From an uncultured Hyphomicrobiales bacterium (GTDB lineage: Bacteria; Bacteroidota; Ignavibacteria; Kapaibacteriales; UBA2268), in contig CAZJAH010000009.1 in NCBI GenBank assembly GCA_964544155.1, forward strand, positions 14,551-78,550: DNA of 64,000 nucleotides, in the 5' to 3' direction. Shown here one piece after another: positions 10,391 through 18,955 of the stretch. A model generated the notes under the pieces. The model had not been told where the DNA came from and did not search any database. It saw only the letters and a list, made by a program, of their open reading frames with translations. The position numbers and the translations under genes were made by a program. Each line of letters begins with the position of its first letter. Position 1 is the first letter of the stretch.

Positions 10391-10816
10391 ATGCTGACAG
10401 CAAGCCATTCAGGAAGTATTGCCGGAAATTTTATCAGAAAAAAAAAGGGATATGCTGATTATATACAGAATTCAGATAGTTTTAAGTGCTTAAGCAGGAA
10501 AGCCACTTTTGATATTAATAAAGAACTTGGTATTAATTCTGATAACAGCTTTCTGATACGTGTATCGGGAGAATCAATGAAAAATGCAGGTATCAGCACA
10601 GGGAACACACTTGTTGTCAATAGATCAATGCGCCCTAGATTAAGAGATATTGTGGTGGCTTCCATAAATAACGAATTAACCGTTAAAAGGCTTTATTTTG
10701 ATGATAGCGGGGTTGTGTTAATGCCTGAAAATCCGGACTATGAACCAATAAAAGTCAAACGAACAGACAAACTCGATATATGGGGAGTAGTAACTACGGT
10801 TCTGAAAGATGTTTAA
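10391..10816 (+). CDS. S24-family (LexA/UmuD-like) self-cleaving peptidase without an N-terminal HTH domain
   Basis: The catalytic Ser motif is VSGESM and the Lys motif is ELTVKRL. A possible Ala-Gly cleavage site lies in SIAGNF. The short N-terminus resembles UmuD. AAGGTG lies upstream of the ATG. Confidence 0.8.
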   Translation: MLTASHSGSIAGNFIRKKKGYADYIQNSDSFKCLSRKATFDINKELGINSDNSFLIRVSGESMKNAGISTGNTLVVNRSMRPRLRDIVVASINNELTVKRLYFDDSGVVLMPENPDYEPIKVKRTDKLDIWGVVTTVLKDV

Positions 10817-10997
10817 ATTAGAAAATTAAGTGTGCTGACGCCAGGGAATAAACCAATGTTCATCAGATCCCCGCTTTATTTTATCGTGGAATTTAATTGA
10901 GGTGAATTATTAAAAACCGGTAATATAATTTTTTGATAAATGAATCATTCATTATATTCGTGCCTTCAAAAAAAGTAATTAATTAAATAGTTAGAGT

Positions 10998-11555
10998 ATG
11001 GATCCCAAACAAGGTTATATTTTATTTAGCGGGGGCGCTCCCGGCACTGAAGATGAATTCGGCCGTAATGCCGAGCTATACGGTATAGAAGAAGTTAATT
11101 ATTCTTTCGAAGGCCACGAAAACAACCGTTACAGAGGGCTGCGCGTGTTGAACAGCCGTGAACTCGAGCATGGTGATATTAGCCTGACTTATGCTTCAAA
11201 CCTTATGAACAGGGAATATCCCCGTACGCGGAAATTCCGCAAGATATTGCAGTCGATCTGGTATCAGGTTGTCAGCAGCAGGCAGGTATTTGTTGTCGGA
11301 CGGATACTTGAAGATCACACAGTGAAAGGCGGTACCGGCTGGGGAGCGGAGTTCGCAAAAATTACCAATAAGCCCCTTTTTGTGTTTGACCAGGAAAAAG
11401 ACTCCTGGTACAAATGGAATAAAACCGAATGGATGGCTATCGAACCGCCCGCTATAACCGAAAAACTCTTTTGCGGCACAGGTACCCGCGACCTGCTGGG
11501 AAATGGCAGGCTGGCAATAAGAGCATTATTTGAAAGGACTTTTGGAACTTCATAA
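10998..11555 (+). CDS. Hypothetical protein, SLOG/DprA/YpsA-like Rossmann fold (tentative)
   Basis: The N-terminal glycine motif is ILFSGGAPGTEDE. A later block is VFVVGRILEDHTVKGGTGWGAEFAKITNKPLFVF. This follows the GGxxGxD ... GGT ... kP pattern of SLOG-superfamily proteins. The assignment is by eye only. Confidence 0.5.
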   Translation: MDPKQGYILFSGGAPGTEDEFGRNAELYGIEEVNYSFEGHENNRYRGLRVLNSRELEHGDISLTYASNLMNREYPRTRKFRKILQSIWYQVVSSRQVFVVGRILEDHTVKGGTGWGAEFAKITNKPLFVFDQEKDSWYKWNKTEWMAIEPPAITEKLFCGTGTRDLLGNGRLAIRALFERTFGTS

Positions 11556-11578
11556 AAAAACCCGCTTTGTAGCGGGTT
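11553..11578. terminator. Bidirectional rho-independent terminator between convergent genes
   Basis: Stem AACCCGCT/AGCGGGTT with loop TTGT. An A-run lies on the 5' side, giving a T-run for the minus strand. A T-rich tract lies on the 3' side. Confidence 0.8.
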
Positions 11579-11583
11579 ATAAT

Positions 11584-11712
11584 TTATTTTTTGATATTCG
11601 ACCTGTAGCCACGCTTTTTCTTTCTGCCGGCGTTTTGTTTTATGTTTTTCATGAAAAAGTAAGCCACAAGCGCTATTATTAAGATCAGGGCAAGTAAAAT
11701 TGCTATTTCCAT
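11584..11712 (-). CDS. Possible 42-aa single-pass membrane peptide (not in the ORF track)
   Basis: My own translation is MEIAILLALILIIALVAYFFMKNIKQNAGRKKKRGYRSNIKK. It has one hydrophobic helix and a basic tail. GGGGA lies 8 nt upstream of the ATG. The ORF sits between the aminopeptidase stop and the terminator. Confidence 0.4.
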   Translation of the reverse strand: MEIAILLALILIIALVAYFFMKNIKQNAGRKKKRGYRSNIKK

Positions 11713-11733
11713 AAATTGTTCCCCAAATAAATA

Positions 11734-13863
11734 CTACTCAATTAATGTAAATTTTCCGGTATAGTGAATATTATTGCCGCTAATTCTAATATAATAAATT
11801 CCCCGAGAAATCCTATCAGTTTTAAGAGGAAACGAATATTTCCCCTTGCCGATAGTCCCTGAATATAACTCTGATAATTTTTTCCCTGTCATATCATGCA
11901 AAGTTATGATTACTTTAGCTTTCAGTGGAGACGGAAATTCAATATTCAGCACTTCCCCCTTATTCATCGGATTAGGATAAAGCCGGAACTCACTGTCAGC
12001 AGCATTCAGTTCATTAACTGAAACCACATTAATTATCTGTTCGCCAAGTATTTTAGTCATATCTACCGAAACACTATCCGGAGCCTCATCAAGATAAACG
12101 GTGAACTCTCCGCTTTTATTATCCATGATAACATGTTCAGAACTAATCAGAGCACTATTATTAAGGAAGTCCAATTTAAGCGGTACTGTAAAGAAATCCG
12201 GCCCGCCGTCAAAATTCTGAACCTGATCTATGTTTACTTTTACTTCGAATCCTCCTGACTCAAGAGGAATAGTCATTGTTTCCAGGCTGAAACGGGGATG
12301 GCCGGAAAAATTAAGCCACTGGTCAAACCAAACATTTATATCAACAGGCATTTCCGGCAGGTATTTGATCAATGAAGCTGTAAAATCTTTTGTAGTGACT
12401 GATTGCATGCTGTAATCCTCGATCGTTTTTCTAAGAGCATAAAGGAAGTTATCCCTTCCGGCCATTTCTGAGAGCATGTGATATACCCATGCTGATTTGA
12501 AATAGGTAAGCTCGTAAGCCCTGCCGAAAAGATCATTCAGGGGCAGTCCTCTTATGGCTCTGTTATGGGTTGAAACATCTATAAGGTAATAGAATCTGTT
12601 ACGTAACAGACTTTGATAATAAGCTCCTTCATTATCGTTTATATGTTCTGCCCAAATAGCCTCGCTCCAGGTAGCGCCTCCTTCATTTATCCAGAGGTCA
12701 TTCCAGGTAGCACAAGTGATCTCATCGCCAATCCACTGGTGAGCAAGTTCGTGGGCGATACCGGATTCACTGTAACCGTAAATCCATCTCTGATGAATCG
12801 TACTTATAGTCTGATGTTCCATTCCTCCGAAATCAAATGGCCCGGCCACAGCCATACCGTACTTTTCGAATGGATATTCGCCATAGCTTTCGGAAAAGAA
12901 TTTCATCATATCGGGCATATTCCTGAAAGCAAATTTCGCGCGGGGTACCGCCTGCTCTGAAAATAAGGTATCCTGCTCCCATGCATAATATTCAATATCT
13001 ATAGTATCTAAAGGATCGCTTACCTTTACATATTCATCTTGCCAGAAAACATATTTCGAGGCTATCGCGTGCATCAGGTATGTAGCCATAGGGTATTGGC
13101 TTTTCCAGTAAAAAGTTGCCGAGTCGCCCTCGATAACCTGATCTGTAAGCAAACCGTTAGACGCAACCGTAAATCCTTTTGGTACCGTAACAGCAATCGA
13201 GCTTAACGCTTTATCATAAGGATAATCATTACAGGGCATCCAGTATCGGGTTTCATTGGGTTCGCTCATTGTGTAAGCAATCCTTTCAGGGCTAAAGAGT
13301 GTATCCTGCTTACCGGCGGGCAGATAGGCAATTCCTACAAAAGAATCTTTCTCATACAGATAAAAGCCGAGGTTTGACTCGCCGGTATATCTGTAATGTA
13401 TTTCCAATTCAACTTCTTCATCTTTAACCATTGGGTTTTCGGGGTTTATAATCAGGTATTCATCCACTTGCTCGTAAGAGCTTTCATCTAAATCTGTTAG
13501 ATTAAACCTGACTGATGTAATTTCCATATTGCCTGCATTAAACTTAAGCGAAGTTGCTTCAGCGGAATCAATTCTGATCCTGATTTTATTAATTCCTGTG
13601 AAGAACCTGCCATGATCATTTATGCTTTCAGCCTTCAGAGGATTATACCAGTTCATGTACAGGTCATATTCCAGTACATCATAAGGGCGGTATTCAACAT
13701 GGCCATCCTCCGCGGATAGCAAATTCAGGTGTTTATGTTGCTTTGAGCAATTGTATTTTTCAAAATGTAGATTAGTCTGACTTTCATTGATAAATAATCC
13801 CTCCTGAGCATATATGCTAATAGAAGCCAGTAATAAGACAGAAATAGATAGTATATCTTTCAT
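11734..13863 (-). CDS. M1-family zinc aminopeptidase with a T9SS C-terminal sorting domain
   Basis: It has a GGMEHQ exopeptidase motif (GAMEN-like) and HELAHQW-x18-E zinc-binding (HELAHQWIGDEITCATWNDLWINEG). It also has a signal peptide. The C-terminus reads RLYPNPMNKGEVLNIEF...GIYYIRISG. Confidence 0.9.
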   Translation of the reverse strand: MKDILSISVLLLASISIYAQEGLFINESQTNLHFEKYNCSKQHKHLNLLSAEDGHVEYRPYDVLEYDLYMNWYNPLKAESINDHGRFFTGINKIRIRIDSAEATSLKFNAGNMEITSVRFNLTDLDESSYEQVDEYLIINPENPMVKDEEVELEIHYRYTGESNLGFYLYEKDSFVGIAYLPAGKQDTLFSPERIAYTMSEPNETRYWMPCNDYPYDKALSSIAVTVPKGFTVASNGLLTDQVIEGDSATFYWKSQYPMATYLMHAIASKYVFWQDEYVKVSDPLDTIDIEYYAWEQDTLFSEQAVPRAKFAFRNMPDMMKFFSESYGEYPFEKYGMAVAGPFDFGGMEHQTISTIHQRWIYGYSESGIAHELAHQWIGDEITCATWNDLWINEGGATWSEAIWAEHINDNEGAYYQSLLRNRFYYLIDVSTHNRAIRGLPLNDLFGRAYELTYFKSAWVYHMLSEMAGRDNFLYALRKTIEDYSMQSVTTKDFTASLIKYLPEMPVDINVWFDQWLNFSGHPRFSLETMTIPLESGGFEVKVNIDQVQNFDGGPDFFTVPLKLDFLNNSALISSEHVIMDNKSGEFTVYLDEAPDSVSVDMTKILGEQIINVVSVNELNAADSEFRLYPNPMNKGEVLNIEFPSPLKAKVIITLHDMTGKKLSELYSGTIGKGKYSFPLKTDRISRGIYYIRISGNNIHYTGKFTLIE

Positions 13864-13967
13864 TGCATTATTATCCAGAGTTTGTTCTCGAGTTTATTTT
13901 AATAAATAGAGGCATTAAAATATGAAAAAATTACATACAATTGATTGTTTTAAGTAATAATAGTTAA

Positions 13968-14093
13968 AGAAAGTATGGGATCAGTTATAATCATTCATCC
14001 GGTACTTATTTCTATACCATAATTACCGGCGGAAAATTACAGGCCGGAAAAATAACATGGCCAAATAATTTCAGGTTTTATTTAAAAAATTAA
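13968..14093 (+). pseudogene. Remnant of the 3' end (last ~40 codons) of a T9SS-CTD-encoding gene
   Basis: The open frame reads RKYGISYNHSSGTYFYTIITGGKLQAGKITWPNNFRFYLKN*. The end of the adhesin gene reads SASDYNLSSGTYFYTIITGDKTLTGKMTIVK*. There is no upstream coding body and no start codon. Confidence 0.6.
13994..14031 (+). repeat. 38-bp perfect direct repeat, copy 1
   Basis: TTCATCCGGTACTTATTTCTATACCATAATTACCGGCG is identical to 18663..18700. Confidence 0.95.
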
Positions 14094-14514
14094 GGCTGCT
14101 CAGAAATGTGCAGTTTTTTCCCCTTTTTTAATTTTTTTTTATTTTCTTCATATAACAATGAGAATAAGCTGTTTGAGCTGATGGGAAGCGTGCTGACATG
14201 CATTACGCATATTGATTTATTCCGATATTATTTTATTTTATATACGCTGGAAAAAATTGAAAAGTTTGTAATGTTTTACGTATTAAGATAAAAATTAACA
14301 ATAAGTAAGCGTTTATTTGCATAATGTATTTACATAATGTAACATTTTCACTTTTTATTTGTTACTTAATAATGTTTTACTTTCTAAAAGTAAAAATCCT
14401 TAGCTTAAAATGATCATGCGTTTATTCTAAAATTTAAAAAAACGAAACAGGAGATTTTTAGAGAAACAGACTTCTGGGTTGATATTTTTTGTTTAATTAA
14501 TTGGGAAGAGTATA

Positions 14515-17500
14515 ATGAAAAAGATGACTCAAATTGCCGCGCTGGCAGTTTGTATGCTTTTTGGTATGCAAATAGCAAAAGCTCAGCTGGCAGGAGACTA
14601 TTATGTAGGCTCCGGTCCGGTACCGCCGGGCGGAAATACTTACGCGAGCTTAAACGCCGCGATTACGGCAATAAACAGTAACGGCCTTTCAGGCGATGCT
14701 ACCTTATGGATCAACAGTGATATCGAAATAACTACAATGCCCACACTGAACGAGTTTTCTGGCGGCACGCTTTATATCAGGCCTTACCAGGAAGCAAGAA
14801 GGATTCATGGAAGCATATCGGGGAATCTGACTTCGGCGCTTATAAAGTTTTTTGAAACCGATAATGTGCATATTGATGGAAGCCTTAACGGCACAAGCCG
14901 TGATCTGACATTCGAGAATACAGGAAATGGCGAAGCCTCAACACTTTGGTTCGCATCTGACGGATCCGACGGATGCGAAAATATCGTTATACAGAATTGT
15001 ATAATTTACGGCCCCAATGATGTTGATGACATCGATGTAAGCGCCATTGCCTTTATGGAAGTTGATGAGATCGATGACTACGGCAGGGCACACGGGCCGC
15101 TTACTGTTCACAACAATCATATAATGAGAGCTCATTACGGAGTATATCTTTTTGGCGGCAGCAGCAGTTCCTCGAACAGGCATAAAGATATCACTATTAC
15201 CGATAATATTTTCGGCCCGCCGGGCGGTGATTACAGCGATCCCGACAGGATTGACGACAAATCGGTATATACAAGGTATATCGATGGAATGTTATTTAAA
15301 GGCAATCACATCCATTACACTGAATACGCAGCTGACTTCAATAACCATTACGGCGATTTGATTATCGAAGATAATGTAGTTCATGCCTCAAAATGGTACG
15401 GCATTTATGTGGATAATTCATTTGTAAAAAGTACTGATGAGCTCATTATCCGGGGTAATGAAATTAAAGGTGTAAGAAGTTACGGGTTCTATCTCGAAGA
15501 TCTCAAAGGCGGCATTGTGGAAGACAACTACATTCATGATTTTCTGAACCCCAATATTGACGGAAGCCAGACAACGGGCATCATGGCCGGAATATATTTC
15601 TATGATGACTGCGAGGACGTCATTGTAAGGAATAACAGAATAGAAGGAATTGTCAGTAATTATGACGGCAGTTCATCCTTTGATGGCGAAGCTTACGGCA
15701 TCTACGCCTATTGCGCCGGAGGTTATGACATTAAAAGAATGAAGATTTATAATAACTACATCGCGGATATCCGGTCAAGAGGAACTGATGATGACTTTGA
15801 AGAGAATCCTTGGGGAATCTATCTCAGTGGCGGCGAAGACTACGAAATAATGAATAACACTATCAATATGACCGGTACATTTACCGGAAACAATTCCGGT
15901 GTTTATTCGGGTTGTATCCTTATAGGTGATTATGATACAGATGTAAAGACTATTGAAAACAATATTTTTATTAACAGCCTTATGGGCACAAATTCAACTG
16001 CTTATGGGATATATATTGAACCTGACGGAAATAATGACATAACCCTCGGCAGTATAGACAACAATGTCTATGATCTTACAGGTGCTGCAGCAACAGGCAG
16101 GATTGGTTTTAACGACGGAGAGGAGTACACATTCCTCAGCGACTGGCAGACAGGAATGAATAAAGACGCAAATTCAGCAGCAACTGAAGTATTCTTATTG
16201 GATGACGGCCATTTAGCCGGTGAATCAGTTGGAGATCCGGATCTTGAAGTACCTAGATTAAGTGATGTTACGGTTGATATTGACGGCGAAACAAGGCCTG
16301 CGGGCGAACCTACGACAGCCGGCATGGATATAGCCGTTATTGAGCCTTTAACCGTGACTCAGCCTATCATTAAAATTCCTGATCAGGAAATATACTGCCC
16401 CGGCGATGAGATAGAATTTACTTTTGGCGCTTCGGCAGGATTCGCTGACGGAATTGAAAGAGATCTAGGCGAATCATTATCTTTCAGCTGGTATTATGAG
16501 GATACTGAAGGCAATACTGAAGTGATTAATGAATTTACAGATGAAGCTTATATTCTGAACGGCGGTACATTAATTATTGACGGTGTTGACTTAGAGCATG
16601 AAGGCTATTACTACAGTATTGCTACTTTCAGCGATCAGTCCGTTACAAGCGATATGAAGGAAGTTAGCGTAAGCAGGACTCTTGAACTTATTGATAATTT
16701 AGTTACCTATCACGAAGGCTGTGTAGGACAAGGCGAGATCACATTAAGTGTAGAAGCAGAAAACGCAACAGCCTATGTTTGGGAAAAACGAAACGACATG
16801 GGCTATTGGGAAGTAATAGAAGATGCCCCCAATGCCGATACATATGTGATAGACCTTATGGGGACAGAAGGTGAAATGCCTACTGCCGAAGAATTAAACG
16901 GACAGTACAGAGTAAAAATCGAAGGGAATGAATACTGCCCTCCGCATGAATTATACTCAGATGTAGCTGAAATCGAACTCTACAATCCCATCCATAATAT
17001 CGAAATGGATATGGCCGGTGAAGATATAGAGCTTTGCTACGGCGATGACATCAGCTTAACTGCTTCTGCCGATGGTGACTTTACCGGATACCAGTGGCAG
17101 AAATTCCAGGCCGGCTCATGGATAAATATTAATCCTGAAAATAACCCTACGGCTGTTGAACCTACGCTTGTACTCAATAGCGTTACTGAAGGCTCAAGCG
17201 CGGGATACAGGGTTGAATTCCTTAGGCCGAATGATCTTTGCCACGAAGACCCTGTTTACTCGGGGGCAGTCAACATTAGCGTACCTCCGATTTTTGAACT
17301 CACCGAGCATCCTTCATCACATATTATTTGTGAAGATGGAAGCGTGGAACTATTTGTACTTGATAACGGCAATGGTGAAATTCATGACTATACATGGTAT
17401 AAAGACGGTGATGAAATTGAATTCCCTGAAGGTACGCCTGTAGAAGAGAAAAAACTTCTCATTATCGAAAGCGCTGGCATAGATGATATCGGCAACTATT

Positions 17501-18738
17501 ACGCTGTTATCACAGCCGAAGACTGCCGTGGCGTACAGGAATTTACTACAGAAACAGCAGCAGTGTACATTCTCCAGGAAACAGAGATAACCAAGCAGCC
17601 TTACGACAGAACAGGCCTCATCGGCGAAAATGTGACATTTAGTGTAGAAGCGCATATGAAAGGAATCGTACCGCCTTACTACCAGCACGATTTCCAGTGG
17701 TTCCGCAGGGACGCTGCCAATCCTTCAAATGTTGAAGAGATCATAACAGGCGGTAAATATCTTGGCGCCAAAACAGAAAGACTAACAATTAATAATATCG
17801 AAACAGCCGATTACGGCTGGGAATATTACGTAGTAGTTACTGGACGCTGCGGTACACCGGTTACTTCCGATGCCGTAAGCATACTACAGGTTCCGGGTGT
17901 AAATATTACGGCTCAGCCAGAAAGCACAGAGATTTGCGAAGCTTCAACAGTGATTTTTAAAGTTGATGCAGAACCGACAGTTGCAGGTGTCAGCCTTGAT
18001 TACCAGTGGTACTCAGAAGGCGATATGCTTAGCGATGGCGGAGATGTTTCAGGCGCTGCCACAAGCGAACTCTCTATCAATAATATCGATGCAGATGACG
18101 CAGGTGAATACTACGTTGTTGTAGAAGCAGAAAACGGACTCTCTGCTGAATCTGACAGAGCAACTCTTACGGTAAATTCAATGCCTGAAGTAACTGTTCA
18201 GCCCGAAGATGTTACAGTTAAGAAGGATGATGAACTTGTTCTTACTGTCGAAGCAGATGGTGTTGAGCCGATGGAATACCAGTGGTTCAAGGACGGTAAT
18301 GAACTTCTTGGCGAAACTGAAGCTGAATTCAGGAAACAGTTTGCTGCAGATGCTGACGCAGGTGATTACTACGTGGCAATTACAAATAGCTGCGGCACCG
18401 TTGAAAGCGATATAATTACTGTTACTGTAGAAGCTCAGACTCCTAACAGCGTTGTTGAAAGGAATATCGACGGTATTAAGCTTTACGCTAATACACCAAA
18501 TCCATTCAGCGAATCGACACAGATCAGATTTGGCCTTGAAAGGCCTGCTGATGTTATTATTACCTTAACCGATGGATTCGGAAGGGAATTGGGAACAATG
18601 ATAAATAACGGCCTCAGCGCGGGCGTTCACACAATCGAATTAAGCGCTTCTGATTATAATCTTTCATCCGGTACTTATTTCTATACCATAATTACCGGCG
18701 ATAAAACGCTAACAGGTAAGATGACAATAGTTAAATAA
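14515..18738 (+). CDS. Large (1407 aa) secreted adhesin-like protein: parallel beta-helix region, seven Ig-like repeats and a T9SS C-terminal sorting domain
   Basis: It has a signal peptide. The N-terminal third has NxxIxG-type beta-helix repeats. A (Y/F)xW motif repeats about every 100 aa. The C-terminus reads LYANTPNPFSESTQIRF...GTYFYTIITG. Confidence 0.85.
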   Translation: MKKMTQIAALAVCMLFGMQIAKAQLAGDYYVGSGPVPPGGNTYASLNAAITAINSNGLSGDATLWINSDIEITTMPTLNEFSGGTLYIRPYQEARRIHGSISGNLTSALIKFFETDNVHIDGSLNGTSRDLTFENTGNGEASTLWFASDGSDGCENIVIQNCIIYGPNDVDDIDVSAIAFMEVDEIDDYGRAHGPLTVHNNHIMRAHYGVYLFGGSSSSSNRHKDITITDNIFGPPGGDYSDPDRIDDKSVYTRYIDGMLFKGNHIHYTEYAADFNNHYGDLIIEDNVVHASKWYGIYVDNSFVKSTDELIIRGNEIKGVRSYGFYLEDLKGGIVEDNYIHDFLNPNIDGSQTTGIMAGIYFYDDCEDVIVRNNRIEGIVSNYDGSSSFDGEAYGIYAYCAGGYDIKRMKIYNNYIADIRSRGTDDDFEENPWGIYLSGGEDYEIMNNTINMTGTFTGNNSGVYSGCILIGDYDTDVKTIENNIFINSLMGTNSTAYGIYIEPDGNNDITLGSIDNNVYDLTGAAATGRIGFNDGEEYTFLSDWQTGMNKDANSAATEVFLLDDGHLAGESVGDPDLEVPRLSDVTVDIDGETRPAGEPTTAGMDIAVIEPLTVTQPIIKIPDQEIYCPGDEIEFTFGASAGFADGIERDLGESLSFSWYYEDTEGNTEVINEFTDEAYILNGGTLIIDGVDLEHEGYYYSIATFSDQSVTSDMKEVSVSRTLELIDNLVTYHEGCVGQGEITLSVEAENATAYVWEKRNDMGYWEVIEDAPNADTYVIDLMGTEGEMPTAEELNGQYRVKIEGNEYCPPHELYSDVAEIELYNPIHNIEMDMAGEDIELCYGDDISLTASADGDFTGYQWQKFQAGSWININPENNPTAVEPTLVLNSVTEGSSAGYRVEFLRPNDLCHEDPVYSGAVNISVPPIFELTEHPSSHIICEDGSVELFVLDNGNGEIHDYTWYKDGDEIEFPEGTPVEEKKLLIIESAGIDDIGNYYAVITAEDCRGVQEFTTETAAVYILQETEITKQPYDRTGLIGENVTFSVEAHMKGIVPPYYQHDFQWFRRDAANPSNVEEIITGGKYLGAKTERLTINNIETADYGWEYYVVVTGRCGTPVTSDAVSILQVPGVNITAQPESTEICEASTVIFKVDAEPTVAGVSLDYQWYSEGDMLSDGGDVSGAATSELSINNIDADDAGEYYVVVEAENGLSAESDRATLTVNSMPEVTVQPEDVTVKKDDELVLTVEADGVEPMEYQWFKDGNELLGETEAEFRKQFAADADAGDYYVAITNSCGTVESDIITVTVEAQTPNSVVERNIDGIKLYANTPNPFSESTQIRFGLERPADVIITLTDGFGRELGTMINNGLSAGVHTIELSASDYNLSSGTYFYTIITGDKTLTGKMTIVK
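16483..18430 (+). repeat. Seven tandem Ig-like domain repeats inside the adhesin CDS (~300-nt period)
   Basis: In-frame motifs are FSW, YVW, YQW, YTW, FQW, YQW and YQW at 16483, 16774, 17089, 17389, 17692, 18001 and 18277. Each is followed about 50-60 aa later by G.YY. Confidence 0.6.
18663..18700 (+). repeat. 38-bp perfect direct repeat, copy 2 (inside the adhesin CTD)
   Basis: Identical to 13994..14031. Confidence 0.95.
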
Positions 18739-18762
18739 AAAGCTCTAAACCCGATATATCCA

Positions 18763-18797
18763 AAAGCCTCGCTTTACGGCGGGGCTTTTGTGGTTTT
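18763..18797 (+). terminator. Rho-independent terminator of the adhesin gene
   Basis: Stem AAAGCCTCGC/GCGGGGCTTT (one G-U pair) followed by TTTTGTGGTTTT. Confidence 0.8.
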
Positions 18798-18955
18798 ATT
18801 TACTACAATAAAATTTTATATATCTACAACAAAATAGACTTTTCTACTATTTTATGGGCATAGTTAGATTACTTATATTGTACACAGCTCCTGAGCAGAC
18901 AACCCCTTCCCATAAAGAATAAACGCATAGCTATTCAAATAATGCTCAGGGGTCA

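Noticed and set aside
14106-14291. 61-aa ORF in the spacer upstream of the adhesin gene.
   Set aside because: It is built from poly-T/poly-A-derived Phe/Asn/Leu runs (MCSFFPFFNFFLFSS...). It has no ribosome-binding site and lies in obviously non-coding AT-rich DNA.
18854-18922. 22-codon ORF (MGIVRLLILYTAPEQTTPSHKE) inside the candidate sRNA region.
   Set aside because: It has no ribosome-binding site and no distinctive peptide features. The region is better explained as RNA structure or a scar.
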